The position numbers were made by a program, and so were the translations under genes. Of a stretch of 64,000 nt of DNA, positions 1 through 9,503 are shown in pieces (positions within the stretch are counted from its first letter, which is position 1; the number at the start of each line of letters is the position of its first letter). Source of the stretch: an uncultured Bifidobacteriaceae bacterium. GTDB taxonomy: Bacteria; Actinomycetota; Acidimicrobiia; IMCC26256; JAENVU01. Under the pieces are notes generated by a model. It was not told the origin of the DNA and did no database searches. It saw nothing but the letters and a program-made list of their open reading frames with translations. Location of the stretch: NCBI GenBank assembly GCA_964544295.1, contig CAZJBJ010000002.1, positions 11,494 through 75,493 on the forward strand, given 5' to 3'.

Positions 1-1
1 G

Positions 2-439
2 CCCCAGGCCGAGATGTTGGTGGTCACCACGCCCGCGCTCGCCGCGCAGAAGGTGGCGACCCGCGTCGCGGACATGGCCCGCCGTTCGTACATGAAGATC
101 GTGGGCGTCGTCGAGAACATGAGTGAGTTCGTCACGCCCGACGGTCAACGCTTCGCGCTGTTCGGTCGCGGCGGCGGCGCGGCCCTCGCCGCCGAGATCG
201 GCGCACCCCTCGTCGCGTCCGTGCCCCTCGAGCCCGAGGTCTCCGAAGGTGGGGACACCGGGAACCCCATCGCGGTGGCGGCGCCGCAATCCCCGGCGGG
301 CCTCGCGTTCAACGAGCTGGCGGCACGCGTCGTCGAAGAACTCCTGCCCCCCGTGGAGATGGCCGGTTGCACCGCCCGCATCTTCGAGCTCGCGGCGGAG
401 AACCTCGCTCGCATCGATCAGGACCGCGCCGCCAAATAA
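2..439 (+). CDS. Mrp/ApbC-type P-loop Fe-S cluster carrier ATPase, C-terminal part (5' end lies outside the window)
   Basis: The frame is open to the window edge. The translation ...VVTTPALAAQKVATRVADMARRSYMKIVGVVENMSEFVTPDG..FALFGRGGG matches the C-terminal half of Mrp/NBP35 proteins. Confidence 0.75.
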   Translation, partial: PQAEMLVVTTPALAAQKVATRVADMARRSYMKIVGVVENMSEFVTPDGQRFALFGRGGGAALAAEIGAPLVASVPLEPEVSEGGDTGNPIAVAAPQSPAGLAFNELAARVVEELLPPVEMAGCTARIFELAAENLARIDQDRAAK

Positions 440-441
440 TT

Positions 442-481
442 TGTCAAGAGTCTTGACACTTCTTTCCGGGGTACCTAAGTT
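442..481 (+). promoter_or_regulatory. Perfect palindrome TGTCAAGAgTCTTGACA (442-458) overlapping a sigma70-like promoter (-35 TTGACA 453-458, 17-bp spacer, -10 TAAGTT 476-481)
   Basis: Read directly from the sequence. It sits 40-80 bp upstream of the ATG at 521, in the only AT-richer patch of this intergenic region. The operon downstream encodes a TetR regulator. Confidence 0.45.
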
Positions 482-520
482 CCCCGGGGTGGACGAGCGT
501 CGCCTGACACCACCGCTGAC

Positions 521-1606
521 ATGAACTTCGAAGTTCAGCGGGCACACCTCGACGTCGTCCGGATTCGAGACGATCGGCCGACTCCCCTCGAACCCGGCCA
601 CGCTCGGGTTCGTATCGACGCGTTCGCGCTGACGACGAACAACATCACCTACGCCGTATTCGGTGACGCGATGCAGTACTGGAACTTCTTCCCCTCCGAG
701 GAACCTTCGGTCTGGGGCCGCATCCCGGTCTGGGGCTTCGGTGAGATCGTCGAGAGCACCGTCGACCCGTGCGCAGTCGGCGAACGCGTCTACGGGTACT
801 GGCCGATGGCCTCCGAACTCGTCGTCGAACCCGGCCGCAGTGACGACCGGGGCTTCACCGACATGGCGGCGCACCGGGCGCCGATGGCCGGCGCGTACAA
901 CCGGTACCTGCGGGTCGGTGCGGATCCGATCTACGCGCCCGATCGGGAGGCGCAGCAGATGGTCCTCTATCCGCTGTTCTTCACGTCGTTCCTCATCGAC
1001 GACTTCTTCGCCGCCCGGGACGACCTCGACGCCGACCAGATCATCGTCTCGAGCGCATCGAGCAAGACCGCGATCGGTGTGGCGTTCCTCGCTCACGCGC
1101 GCGGTCGGCGGGTGGTCGGCCTCACCTCGGCCCGCAACCACGCCTTCGTGGCGGGGCTCGGCGTCTACGACGAGGTCGTCGACTACGGCGACCCGGACGC
1201 CATCTCCCCGGGCACTTCGGTCTTCGTCGACATGGCCGGGAACCAGGACGTGGTCCGCGCGGTCCACACTCGGGGCGGCGAGACCCTCCGCCACTCCATG
1301 GTCGTGGGCGGGACGCATTGGGATCACACGGCCGCTGCGGTCGACGGCGTGCTCCCGGGCCCGACACCGGAGTTCTTCTTCGCGCCAGGCCAGATCGCGC
1401 GTCGCACCGAAGAATGGGGGCGCGACGAGTTCGACCGGCGCACTGCGGGCGCGTGGGATGCCTACTCCCGGTGGACCGACGAGTGGATGCGGTTCGAGAC
1501 GGCCGCCGGACCGGAGGCAGTCCAGTCGGCCTATGCAACGCTGCTGGCGGGGCGCGCCGACCCGAGCACCGGGTTCATCGCTTCGCTCCCATCCACGAGC
1601 TCGTGA
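521..1606 (+). CDS. DUF2855-like protein (MDR/zinc-independent dehydrogenase-like fold), function unknown
   Basis: 361-aa ORF with an ATG start and coding-like composition. The N-terminus MNFEVQRAHLD...RVRIDAFALTTNNITYA resembles DUF2855 family members as I remember them. Confidence 0.6.
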   Translation: MNFEVQRAHLDVVRIRDDRPTPLEPGHARVRIDAFALTTNNITYAVFGDAMQYWNFFPSEEPSVWGRIPVWGFGEIVESTVDPCAVGERVYGYWPMASELVVEPGRSDDRGFTDMAAHRAPMAGAYNRYLRVGADPIYAPDREAQQMVLYPLFFTSFLIDDFFAARDDLDADQIIVSSASSKTAIGVAFLAHARGRRVVGLTSARNHAFVAGLGVYDEVVDYGDPDAISPGTSVFVDMAGNQDVVRAVHTRGGETLRHSMVVGGTHWDHTAAAVDGVLPGPTPEFFFAPGQIARRTEEWGRDEFDRRTAGAWDAYSRWTDEWMRFETAAGPEAVQSAYATLLAGRADPSTGFIASLPSTSS

Positions 1607-2235
1607 ACGCCGAGCCGCGAGTGACGGCTTCCGCCACGGTCTCACCGGCGGATCCCGCCGACGGCCGGCTGGCCCGCCGCGACCGCAACCGGACTGCGGT
1701 CCTCGAAGCGATGATCGAGATGTTCTCCGAGGGTGATGTCGAGCCCACACCGGAGGCGGTCGCTCAGCGCGTCGGCATCTCCCCCCGATCGGTCTACCGG
1801 TACTTCGACGATCGGGAGTCCCTCGTGCGCGCCGCGATCGATCACCAGCTCGCCGCGGTCTGGCATCTGTACGTGATCCCGAAGATCGGCGAAGGACCGC
1901 TCGCCGAACGCATCGATCGATTCGTGCGCTGCCGCGTTCGCCTCTACGAAGCCGTCAGCTCGACCGCACGCGCATCGAGGGTGCGGCTCAACACCGACGA
2001 CATCGTGCGCGAGCAAGTTGAACTCACCCGCCGGGCGCTTCGGGAACAGATCGAGCAGCAGTTCGCGCCCGAACTCGCGAACTTCGGCCCGTCGGTCCGC
2101 CGCGCCCGAGTCGCCGCCCTGGACGTGCTGTGCGAACTCGAAGCCTTGGACCACTACCGCCTGCACCGCGGTTTCTCGTCGAGCGAGACCGTGGCGATGC
2201 TCACCGACACGATCCCTCTGCTCCTGACCCTCTGA
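1603..2235 (+). CDS. TetR/AcrR family transcriptional regulator
   Basis: The GTG at 1603 overlaps the upstream stop (GTGA). The HTH segment is TPEAVAQRVGISPRSVYRYFDDRESL. The longer track ORF starting at 1318 runs inside the previous gene. Confidence 0.8.
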   Translation: MNAEPRVTASATVSPADPADGRLARRDRNRTAVLEAMIEMFSEGDVEPTPEAVAQRVGISPRSVYRYFDDRESLVRAAIDHQLAAVWHLYVIPKIGEGPLAERIDRFVRCRVRLYEAVSSTARASRVRLNTDDIVREQVELTRRALREQIEQQFAPELANFGPSVRRARVAALDVLCELEALDHYRLHRGFSSSETVAMLTDTIPLLLTL

Positions 2236-2261
2236 GCCGCACCACGATCGAAAGGACTCGC

Positions 2262-2987
2262 ATGGCCGGCACCGCGAAACCTGCATACGGCACCCCGAAC
2301 TGGGAGATGATCCAGCGGTGGTTCGCCCTCGACCCGGCGGACGACGGGCCCTTCTGGGCGCTCAACCTCATGAAGTACCACGAGGTGGCCCAGTACTCCG
2401 ACCCCTCCGCGCCCGCGGTGAGCGGAAAATCGGCCGACGACGCGTACGCACCCCGCGGTCCGCTCGCGGCGGTCGGCGCTCGCATCGCGTTCTTCGGCGA
2501 CGTCCTCGACCAGCACGGCGGTACACCCGCCTGGGACCGTATCGCCATCGTGCGGTATCCGACCCGCGCCGCATTCTTCGAAATGCAACAGCGCGACGAC
2601 TTCAAGGACCAACACGTCCACAAAGAGGCTGGGATGGAATTCACGATCGTGATGTCGTGCCTGCCGCGCGCCGCCGGGCCCGCGACCGACACCGAGCCGG
2701 ACTCCTGGGTGTTGACGGTCGAGCGCGGCGCGGATCTCCATTGCGGTCCGCTGCCGGATGGCGTGTCACTCGTCGCCGACTTCGACGTCGAAGGGGTCAT
2801 CGTCGGCGACGAGCGCTCATTCGACCGGGCGCAGTTTCTTCGAGCCGACAGTGACACCGCGATCGCCGCGATCGCCGACCTCTGTGGTCAGGCCGAGGAC
2901 GCGTGCGTGATCGTCGTCGACCGGGCGATGGACCACCTCGTCGAGTCGATCGAATCTGCCCACACCGACACCACACCGAGGGGCTGA
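2262..2987 (+). CDS. Conserved hypothetical protein, DUF1330/Dabb-like
   Basis: In-frame ATG at 2262 following the TetR stop, 241 aa. The segment IAIVRYPTRAAFFEMQQRDDF is typical of DUF1330-type domains. Confidence 0.5.
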   Translation: MAGTAKPAYGTPNWEMIQRWFALDPADDGPFWALNLMKYHEVAQYSDPSAPAVSGKSADDAYAPRGPLAAVGARIAFFGDVLDQHGGTPAWDRIAIVRYPTRAAFFEMQQRDDFKDQHVHKEAGMEFTIVMSCLPRAAGPATDTEPDSWVLTVERGADLHCGPLPDGVSLVADFDVEGVIVGDERSFDRAQFLRADSDTAIAAIADLCGQAEDACVIVVDRAMDHLVESIESAHTDTTPRG

Positions 2988-2992
2988 TCCTG

Positions 2993-3910
2993 ATGGACGT
3001 CTTGCGGACCCCCGACGAACGCTTCGCCGATCTCGAGGACTATGACTTCGTACCGCACTACCGCGAGGTGACCGCGGCGGACGGCACCCGGCTGCGGTTC
3101 CACTTCGTCGACGAGGGACCGCGCGACTCGGCACCCGTGCTCCTGCTCCACGGGAACCCGACGTGGTCGTATCTCCACCGTCACATGATCCGTGGATTGG
3201 TGGTGCGCGGCCATCGGGTCGTCGCCCTCGATCTCATGGGCATGGGCCGCTCGGACAAACCGACGGAACGATCCGCGTACACACTCGCGACGCACGTGGA
3301 CTGGATGAGCCAGTGGTTGGCCGCCGAGGACCTCACGGACATCACCCTCTACTGCCAGGACTGGGGCGGCCTCACCGGCCTGCACCTGCTCCCCCGCTTC
3401 CCCGACCGGTTCGCGCGCGTCATCGCGTCGAACACCGGTCTGCCCACGGGGGAAGGCGCGAACGCCTTCATGGAGCAGTGGCTGGAATTCAGCCAGAGTG
3501 TCGATGAGCTGCCGATCAGCGCACTGGTGGCCAACGGCACCACGCGTGCGCTCACCCCCGGCGAACGGGCCGCGTACGACGCACCCTTTCCCGACGGGAC
3601 CTACCAGACGAGCCCGATCCACTTCCCGATGCTGATCCCGATCCAGCCCGACAACCCCGGCGTCCCGATGTGCGAGGCGACCTGGGCGTTCCTCGGGACC
3701 TGGACCAAGCCGTTCCTCACCGTGTTCGGATCCGAGGATCCGGTGTCGTACAAGCCCGGCGCGCACCGGAAGTTCCAGCGCGTCGTTCCGGGCGCGGCCG
3801 ACCAGGACCACCAGGTCATCGACGGCGCCAACCACTTCATCCAGGAAGAAATCCCTGACCGACTCGTCGAGATCATCGACGCCTTCACCCACCAAGGACA
3901 TTCCGCATGA
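2993..3910 (+). CDS. Haloalkane dehalogenase (HLD-I, DhlA/DhmA-like alpha/beta hydrolase)
   Basis: HGNPTWSYLHRHMI, nucleophile motif CQDWGG, and the C-terminal GANHFIQEE histidine. ATG at 2993, 5 nt after the upstream stop. Confidence 0.85.
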   Translation: MDVLRTPDERFADLEDYDFVPHYREVTAADGTRLRFHFVDEGPRDSAPVLLLHGNPTWSYLHRHMIRGLVVRGHRVVALDLMGMGRSDKPTERSAYTLATHVDWMSQWLAAEDLTDITLYCQDWGGLTGLHLLPRFPDRFARVIASNTGLPTGEGANAFMEQWLEFSQSVDELPISALVANGTTRALTPGERAAYDAPFPDGTYQTSPIHFPMLIPIQPDNPGVPMCEATWAFLGTWTKPFLTVFGSEDPVSYKPGAHRKFQRVVPGAADQDHQVIDGANHFIQEEIPDRLVEIIDAFTHQGHSA

Positions 3911-4671
3911 CCACCACCGCTCGCTCCCACCGTCTGATCCCGACCACCTTCGCGACCCTGGCCGCGGCGCTGATGCTGCTCAGCGGATGCGGATCCGATG
4001 CGTCGACACCGAAGGCGATCAAGTCGCCCGACACGACCACGACCACCACCGCTTCGCAGACCGCGACTGACCTGCGCGGCAAGCGGTACTGCGAAGTACT
4101 GCTGCTCCGCCCCGCGACCCCGGGCTTCACCGCCGACGTCTACAACTCGTACCCGATGAACGACTGCCCGGAGGCCGAGTGGAAAGCCCTCGACGCCGGG
4201 AGCATCGCGACCGCCAACGGTGTGCCGATCGCGAGGCTGAACGGCCCCCGGTACTGGCTGATGGACGAGATCCAGAAGACGTCGGAGGAGACGGTCACCG
4301 TCGACTTCGGTGGGATCGAGATGGCCAAGCGGGCGACCGTCGCCGTACCCGACGTCGTGAAGGCCAACACGCCGTACACACCGAATCACGTGAACCGCAA
4401 GACCGTGTTCGGCTTCGACGCCGGAAGCACGGTCTACGAGCTCACCGGACCGGACGGCGCGAAGTACGTGATGCAGTCGTGGAGCCAGCAGAACGATCCG
4501 ACGCTCGTCGAGGCCGACCTGGCAGGTCTCGCTGCCCGCCTGCAGCTGCCCGCCGGGTGGAGCTACGCGCCCCGCACGCTCACCGCCCGCCTCCAGGTGG
4601 TCACGACGACCGAGGACGCGTTCGTGATCCAGGACGATCTCCACAACACCTACTCGCGCGAAACCAACTGA
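3907..4671 (+). CDS. Secreted lipoprotein, function unknown
   Basis: ATGA overlap with the dehalogenase stop. Signal peptide with lipobox LLSGC followed by a Thr-rich linker. Confidence 0.65.
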   Translation: MTTTARSHRLIPTTFATLAAALMLLSGCGSDASTPKAIKSPDTTTTTTASQTATDLRGKRYCEVLLLRPATPGFTADVYNSYPMNDCPEAEWKALDAGSIATANGVPIARLNGPRYWLMDEIQKTSEETVTVDFGGIEMAKRATVAVPDVVKANTPYTPNHVNRKTVFGFDAGSTVYELTGPDGAKYVMQSWSQQNDPTLVEADLAGLAARLQLPAGWSYAPRTLTARLQVVTTTEDAFVIQDDLHNTYSRETN

Positions 4672-4703
4672 CGCCCGCGGTCGGCAGGTCACGGAGGTCC
4701 CGG

Positions 4704-5525
4704 TCAGGAGCCGGCGGCGCTCCACGTCGATCGTTGATCCCGACCGACGACCTTGCCGTCGGCCCGCAGTTTCTTGAGATGCGAATAGATCTGCTTGGCG
4801 GCCACCGGCTGGAGCGGCGCGGGCGTGTCCACGTAGAGCGACCCGACGATCGCCTTCACTGTGGTCGGGCCCTTGCGCACGAGGGCGAGGACCTGGCGCT
4901 CGCGGTCGCGTCGATGCTTGAGGTATTCGTCGATGCGCGCCCGCGGTTCCTCGATCAGCTCCCCGTGGCCCGGCGCGATCGACCGCAACCGCAGCTTGCG
5001 CAGCCGTTCCAACGTCGCCAAGTACTGCCCCATGTCACCACCGGTCGCGGGTGACACGACCGAATACATCCCACCGAGAATCGTGTCGCCGGTGAAGAGC
5101 ATCCGCTCCTCCTCCAGGTGGAAGCACAGATGGTTCGGCGCGTGGCCCGGGGTGTGGAGGACCTCCAGCCGGAACTCGGTGCCGTCGATCGTGGCACCGT
5201 CGCCGATCGCCCGATCCACCCGCACCGACTTCTCCCGCTTGGAGAACGCGAGGATCTCGGCTCCGGTCGCCTTCGCCAACCGGGTCGCGCCGGGCGCGTG
5301 GTCCGGATGGGTGTGGGTGAGCACGATCCAGCGGATCCGTTCCTTCATCGCGCCGCCGACGATCGCGTCGGTGTGCCGCTTGTCGTCCGGACCCGGGTCG
5401 ATCACCGCGACCTCGTCGATGCCGACGAGGTAGGTGTTGGTCCCGGGGCCGGTCATATGGCTCGGGTTGTCGGCCACGACGCGTCGCACCAGGGGTGAGA
5501 GCGCGCTGGGAACGTCGGGCGTCAT
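4704..5525 (-). CDS. MBL-fold metallo-hydrolase with a C-terminal winged-helix-like tail
   Basis: Motif THTHPDHAPG (HxHxDH). I chose the ATG at 5525 (MTPDVPS...) because the upstream 131 aa of the track ORF are Arg-rich and antisense to the next gene. Confidence 0.8.
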   Translation of the reverse strand: MTPDVPSALSPLVRRVVADNPSHMTGPGTNTYLVGIDEVAVIDPGPDDKRHTDAIVGGAMKERIRWIVLTHTHPDHAPGATRLAKATGAEILAFSKREKSVRVDRAIGDGATIDGTEFRLEVLHTPGHAPNHLCFHLEEERMLFTGDTILGGMYSVVSPATGGDMGQYLATLERLRKLRLRSIAPGHGELIEEPRARIDEYLKHRRDRERQVLALVRKGPTTVKAIVGSLYVDTPAPLQPVAAKQIYSHLKKLRADGKVVGRDQRSTWSAAGS

Positions 5526-6325
5526 GTCGGGCACGGCTGCGCTCCCGGTGCGTCGTCGGTCAGGGAATCGTGCGGCAACGGGATCCGGCGACCACCACTC
5601 GGCTCGGCGACCACCGCGACGCCGCCGCTCGTCGGCACCCGATTGGCCGCGGCCGCGACCCCGAGGAACTCGTCCGCGCGGCGGAATGGCGCCATCGCCT
5701 CGAGGCAGCGACGGGTCGGCAGGATCAGTTCGACCGTCCCGCGATCCGCGTCGGCCAGGGTGTCGGCGGGTCGTCGCCAGGCGGACGCGACGAGCTCGGT
5801 CCGGTCGTGCTCGTACGCGCCGGCGGGCGCCGCCGCCGCGAAGAACCACGTGTCGTAGCGACGAGGACTCCCAGGCGGGGTGACCCAGTGGGAGAAGACG
5901 TGCAGTTGGTCCACGCACAGCATCAGGTCGTGCTCGTCGACGAATGTCGCGAAGCTCAGCTGGCCCTCATTGAGTTCCTGGCGGGCGCTGACGAACGCAG
6001 CCGCGCTCGCGTCGACGGGCTCACCGCCGCGCCGTTGGGCCAGCAGGACTCCCACCTCTTCGAACGTCTCGCGGATCGCCCCCGCCCAGAACCCTAGTCC
6101 GCCGCGGCGCAGGCCCAGCGCATCGCTCGCCGTCGCGTCGTCGCGCCCGAGACACCGCGCCTCCCAGCGGAGATCACGATCGTCGGGATCGATGGCTCCC
6201 CCGGGAAAGACCGACGCGCCGGCGATCCACATCGAGTCGACGTTGCGGCGGCCGAGGAACACGTGCAGGTCGGGCGCGTCGCGCACGAGCATGACCGTGG
6301 CGGCGTCCTTGGGGATCAGCACCAT
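5522..6325 (-). CDS. NUDIX family hydrolase
   Basis: Nudix box GGAIDPDD...AIRETFEEVGVLL. ATG at 6325 (MVLIPKD...). The stop overlaps the MBL start (ATGA). Confidence 0.8.
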   Translation of the reverse strand: MVLIPKDAATVMLVRDAPDLHVFLGRRNVDSMWIAGASVFPGGAIDPDDRDLRWEARCLGRDDATASDALGLRRGGLGFWAGAIRETFEEVGVLLAQRRGGEPVDASAAAFVSARQELNEGQLSFATFVDEHDLMLCVDQLHVFSHWVTPPGSPRRYDTWFFAAAAPAGAYEHDRTELVASAWRRPADTLADADRGTVELILPTRRCLEAMAPFRRADEFLGVAAAANRVPTSGGVAVVAEPSGGRRIPLPHDSLTDDAPGAQPCPT

Positions 6326-6404
6326 CGCCGCTCGGTCCGTTCGATCACCCGGCCAGCCTAGGACCGGTGCGAGGCTCGGGCGTCGGCCGCGTACGCTCGG
6401 CCCG

Positions 6405-7724
6405 ATGGATCCCCGGCGCGCCCTCCCTTCGGTCGAACGGGTCCAACGCGCACTCGACGGGCTCCCGAGCGCGCTCCTCACCGCGGCGGCCCGCGATGCC
6501 GTCGACGCGGCGCGCGCGGCGATCGCCGACGGCGCCACACCCACCGAAGCGGACGTCCTGGCCGATGCGACGGCACGCGTCGCCGATCAGCGTCGGCGGC
6601 TCCTGCAACCCGTGATCAACGCGACGGGCGTGCTGCTCCACACCAACCTCGGGCGGGCGCCGATCGGCGAGGAAGCGTTGGCCGCCGCGCTCGCCATCGG
6701 TGGCGGAGCATCGAACCTCGAGCTGAACCTCACGACCGGCACGCGCGGGTCCCGGCATGATCACGCCGGCGCGCTGCTCGCGCGCGCCGTCGGCGCCGAG
6801 GCCGGCATGGTCGTCAACAACAACGCAGCGGCGGTGTTGCTCACGCTCGGCGCGTTGGCGCGGGGACACGAGGTCGTCGTCTCGCGCGGCGAACTCGTCG
6901 AGATCGGCGGCGGATTTCGCGTGCCGGAGATCATGGCCGAGTCCGGGTGCGCGCTGATCGAGGTGGGGACGACCAACCGCACGCGTGTCGCCGACTACGA
7001 ACGCGCGGTGACCGAGTCGACCGCACTCCTCCTGAAGGTGCACGCGTCGAACTACCGGATGGTCGGCTTCACCGAGGCCACGCCGGTGCACGCGCTCGCC
7101 GGGTTGGGTCCGACGGTCATGGTGGACGCCGGGTCCGGACTCCTCGACGAGACCACCCCCTGGCTGCCCGCGCGGCCCGCGTGGTTGCGCGACGAACCCG
7201 GGATCCGCCAGGCGATCGCCGACGGCGCCGGGGTCGTCACCTTCTCCGGCGACAAGCTGCTCGGCGGTCCCCAGGCCGGCATCATCGTCGGCCGCGCCGA
7301 TCTCCTCGCCACGATCGCCAAGCATCCACTCGCCCGCGCGATGCGTGCCGACAAGCTCACGCTCGCCGCGCTCCAACAGGTCGCGCTCATCTACCTCTCC
7401 GGCGACGCGACCGCGATCCCGCTGTGGCGGATGGCCACCGCCGACGTCGCGTCGTTGCGAACCCGGGCCGAACGCATGGTGACGACGGCGCCGGGGGCGG
7501 CCATCGTGGACACCGAGGCCGTCGCCGGTGGCGGATCACTGCCGGGCTTGACCATTCCGTCGCTCGGGGTGCGGTGTGCAGTCGCCCGGGTCGACGACGC
7601 GATGCGTGAACTCCGGGCAGCCGGGATCATCGCCCGCGCCGATGGCGACGGCGTCCTGTGCGACCTCCGCAGCGTCGACCCCACGGACGACGACATCGTC
7701 GCCCGTGCCCTCGCCGATCTCTGA
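6405..7724 (+). CDS. selA: L-seryl-tRNA(Sec) selenium transferase
   Basis: VINATGVLLHTNLGRAP, SNLELNL..G.RGSR, and the PLP-lysine region FSGDKLLGGPQAGII. In-frame ATG at 6405. Confidence 0.9.
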   Translation: MDPRRALPSVERVQRALDGLPSALLTAAARDAVDAARAAIADGATPTEADVLADATARVADQRRRLLQPVINATGVLLHTNLGRAPIGEEALAAALAIGGGASNLELNLTTGTRGSRHDHAGALLARAVGAEAGMVVNNNAAAVLLTLGALARGHEVVVSRGELVEIGGGFRVPEIMAESGCALIEVGTTNRTRVADYERAVTESTALLLKVHASNYRMVGFTEATPVHALAGLGPTVMVDAGSGLLDETTPWLPARPAWLRDEPGIRQAIADGAGVVTFSGDKLLGGPQAGIIVGRADLLATIAKHPLARAMRADKLTLAALQQVALIYLSGDATAIPLWRMATADVASLRTRAERMVTTAPGAAIVDTEAVAGGGSLPGLTIPSLGVRCAVARVDDAMRELRAAGIIARADGDGVLCDLRSVDPTDDDIVARALADL

Positions 7725-9502
7725 TGCGGGTCGTCGCCACCGCCGGCCACGTCGACCACGGCAAGTCGACCCTCGTCCACGTCCTCACCGGCACCGATCC
7801 CGATCGCTTCCCCGAGGAGAAGTCGCGAGGTCTGACCATCGACCTCGGGTTCGCGTTCGCGACGCTGCCCTCGGGCGCGGAGGTCGGATTCGTCGATGTT
7901 CCCGGACACACGAAGTTCATCAAGAACATGCTCGCGGGCGTCGGGGCCGTCGACGTCGCGATGCTCGTGGTCGCGGCGAACGAGGGCTGGAAGCCCCAGA
8001 GTGAGGAGCACCTGCGGATCCTCGATCTGCTGGACATTCGCCACGGCATCGTGGTGATCACCAAGTCCGATCTCGTCGACGCGGAGACGCTCGAGATCGC
8101 CCACCTCGAGGTGGGCGAGCACGTCGACGGGACGACGCTGGCCGAGTTCGAGGTCGTCACGTGCGCCGCGTCGCGCGGTGAGGGGCTCGACGACGTGCGG
8201 GCCGCGCTCGATCGTGCGCTGGCCGCCGCGCCCGGCGCGCGCGACGTCGGCCGGCCGCGGCTCTGGGTCGATCGGGTGTTCGCGGCCAAGGGTGCGGGCA
8301 CCGTGGTCACCGGCACGTTGACCGGTGGCCACCTCCAGGCGGACGACGACGTTCTCGTCGCCGGTCATCGGGTGCGCATCCGCGGGATCGAGAGCCACGG
8401 CCGTCCCGGTGGTGTCGGCGATCCTGGTGCGCGGGTGGCGCTCAACCTCGTCGGCGTCGATCGCGATGCGATCACCCGGGGCGACGCCGTCGTACGCCCG
8501 GATCAGTGGGAGCACGTCACGGTCGTGGACGTTGCCCTCCGGCTCACGCCCGGCACCGAACTCCGCACTCGGGGTCGGCTCACCGCGGCGGTCGGTTCCG
8601 GCGAACACCGGGTCTGGTTCCGCCGCCTGGGCGACGCGTGGGCGCGCATCCGGTTCGACGAGCCCGTACCGTTGGCGCCCGGCGACCGGATCGTGCTGCG
8701 GGATTCCGGCTCCCGCGCGACCGTCGCCGGCGCCGAAGTCCTCGACATCACCCCACCCCGCAAGGTCGGCGATGCGTCCGCGCGTCTGGATCGACCGCTC
8801 GCGGATCGACTGCTCGACGCGGGTTGGCTGCCCCGGCAGGGGCTCGACGCCCGCACCGGGCTGGCCCCGGACACCGCGGTCGCGCTTCTCGTCGGGGCCG
8901 GCGCGGCGCCGGTCGGCGACTGGCTCGTGCACCCGGTCGCGTTGCAGCAGGCCCGCCTGGACGCGCTCGCCCGCGTCCAGGCCCGCCACGACGAGCACCC
9001 CGACGCGCCCGGGTATCCCACCACCGAGCTCGCGGCGGCGATCGGTCTCGATCTCGATCGACTCCAGGCGCTGCTCACCGGCGACGCCGACCTCGTCGTC
9101 GATCAGGGGTTCGTCCGCCACCGCGAGCACGCGGGCCGGCCGTCGACCTCCGCGGCGGGCATCGCGCTGATCGCCGAGCTCGACGCGCAACCGTTCGCGC
9201 CGCCGACCCCGACCGACCAGGCGCTGACCCGCGCGCTGGTGCGCGAGGGTGCGCTGACCGACATCGACGGAGTCGTGTTCAGTACCGCGGCGATCGCATC
9301 GGCACGCGACCTGATCGTCGACGCGCTGCGGACCCGGGGATCACTCACCGTCGCCGACGCGCGCGACGTGCTGGGGTCGACGCGCAAGTACGTGGTGCCG
9401 ATCATGAGTCATCTCGACGCGACCGGCGTGACCCGCCGGCGCGGTGACGACCGGATCCCGGGGCCGCGCTCGGGCCTCGTCGACCGAGCGGACGGGGGCT
9501 GA
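7724..9502 (+). CDS. selB: Selenocysteine-specific translation elongation factor
   Basis: G-domain AGHVDHGKSTL, DVPGH, TKSD, plus long C-terminal winged-helix repeats. The ATG overlaps the selA stop (TGATG). Confidence 0.92.
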   Translation: MRVVATAGHVDHGKSTLVHVLTGTDPDRFPEEKSRGLTIDLGFAFATLPSGAEVGFVDVPGHTKFIKNMLAGVGAVDVAMLVVAANEGWKPQSEEHLRILDLLDIRHGIVVITKSDLVDAETLEIAHLEVGEHVDGTTLAEFEVVTCAASRGEGLDDVRAALDRALAAAPGARDVGRPRLWVDRVFAAKGAGTVVTGTLTGGHLQADDDVLVAGHRVRIRGIESHGRPGGVGDPGARVALNLVGVDRDAITRGDAVVRPDQWEHVTVVDVALRLTPGTELRTRGRLTAAVGSGEHRVWFRRLGDAWARIRFDEPVPLAPGDRIVLRDSGSRATVAGAEVLDITPPRKVGDASARLDRPLADRLLDAGWLPRQGLDARTGLAPDTAVALLVGAGAAPVGDWLVHPVALQQARLDALARVQARHDEHPDAPGYPTTELAAAIGLDLDRLQALLTGDADLVVDQGFVRHREHAGRPSTSAAGIALIAELDAQPFAPPTPTDQALTRALVREGALTDIDGVVFSTAAIASARDLIVDALRTRGSLTVADARDVLGSTRKYVVPIMSHLDATGVTRRRGDDRIPGPRSGLVDRADGG

Positions 9503-9503
9503 G

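Noticed and set aside
5880-6404. An upstream extension of selA (the track ORF starts at 5880).
   Set aside because: The extension is antisense to the NUDIX gene and is Ser/Arg-rich. SelA homology starts at MDPRRALPSVERV (ATG 6405).
6326-6404. tRNA-Sec (selC) in the short spacer upstream of selA or elsewhere near selAB.
   Set aside because: The spacer is only 79 bp and does not fold into a tRNA. Scanning by eye, I found no long-variable-arm tRNA with a UCA anticodon anywhere in the window.
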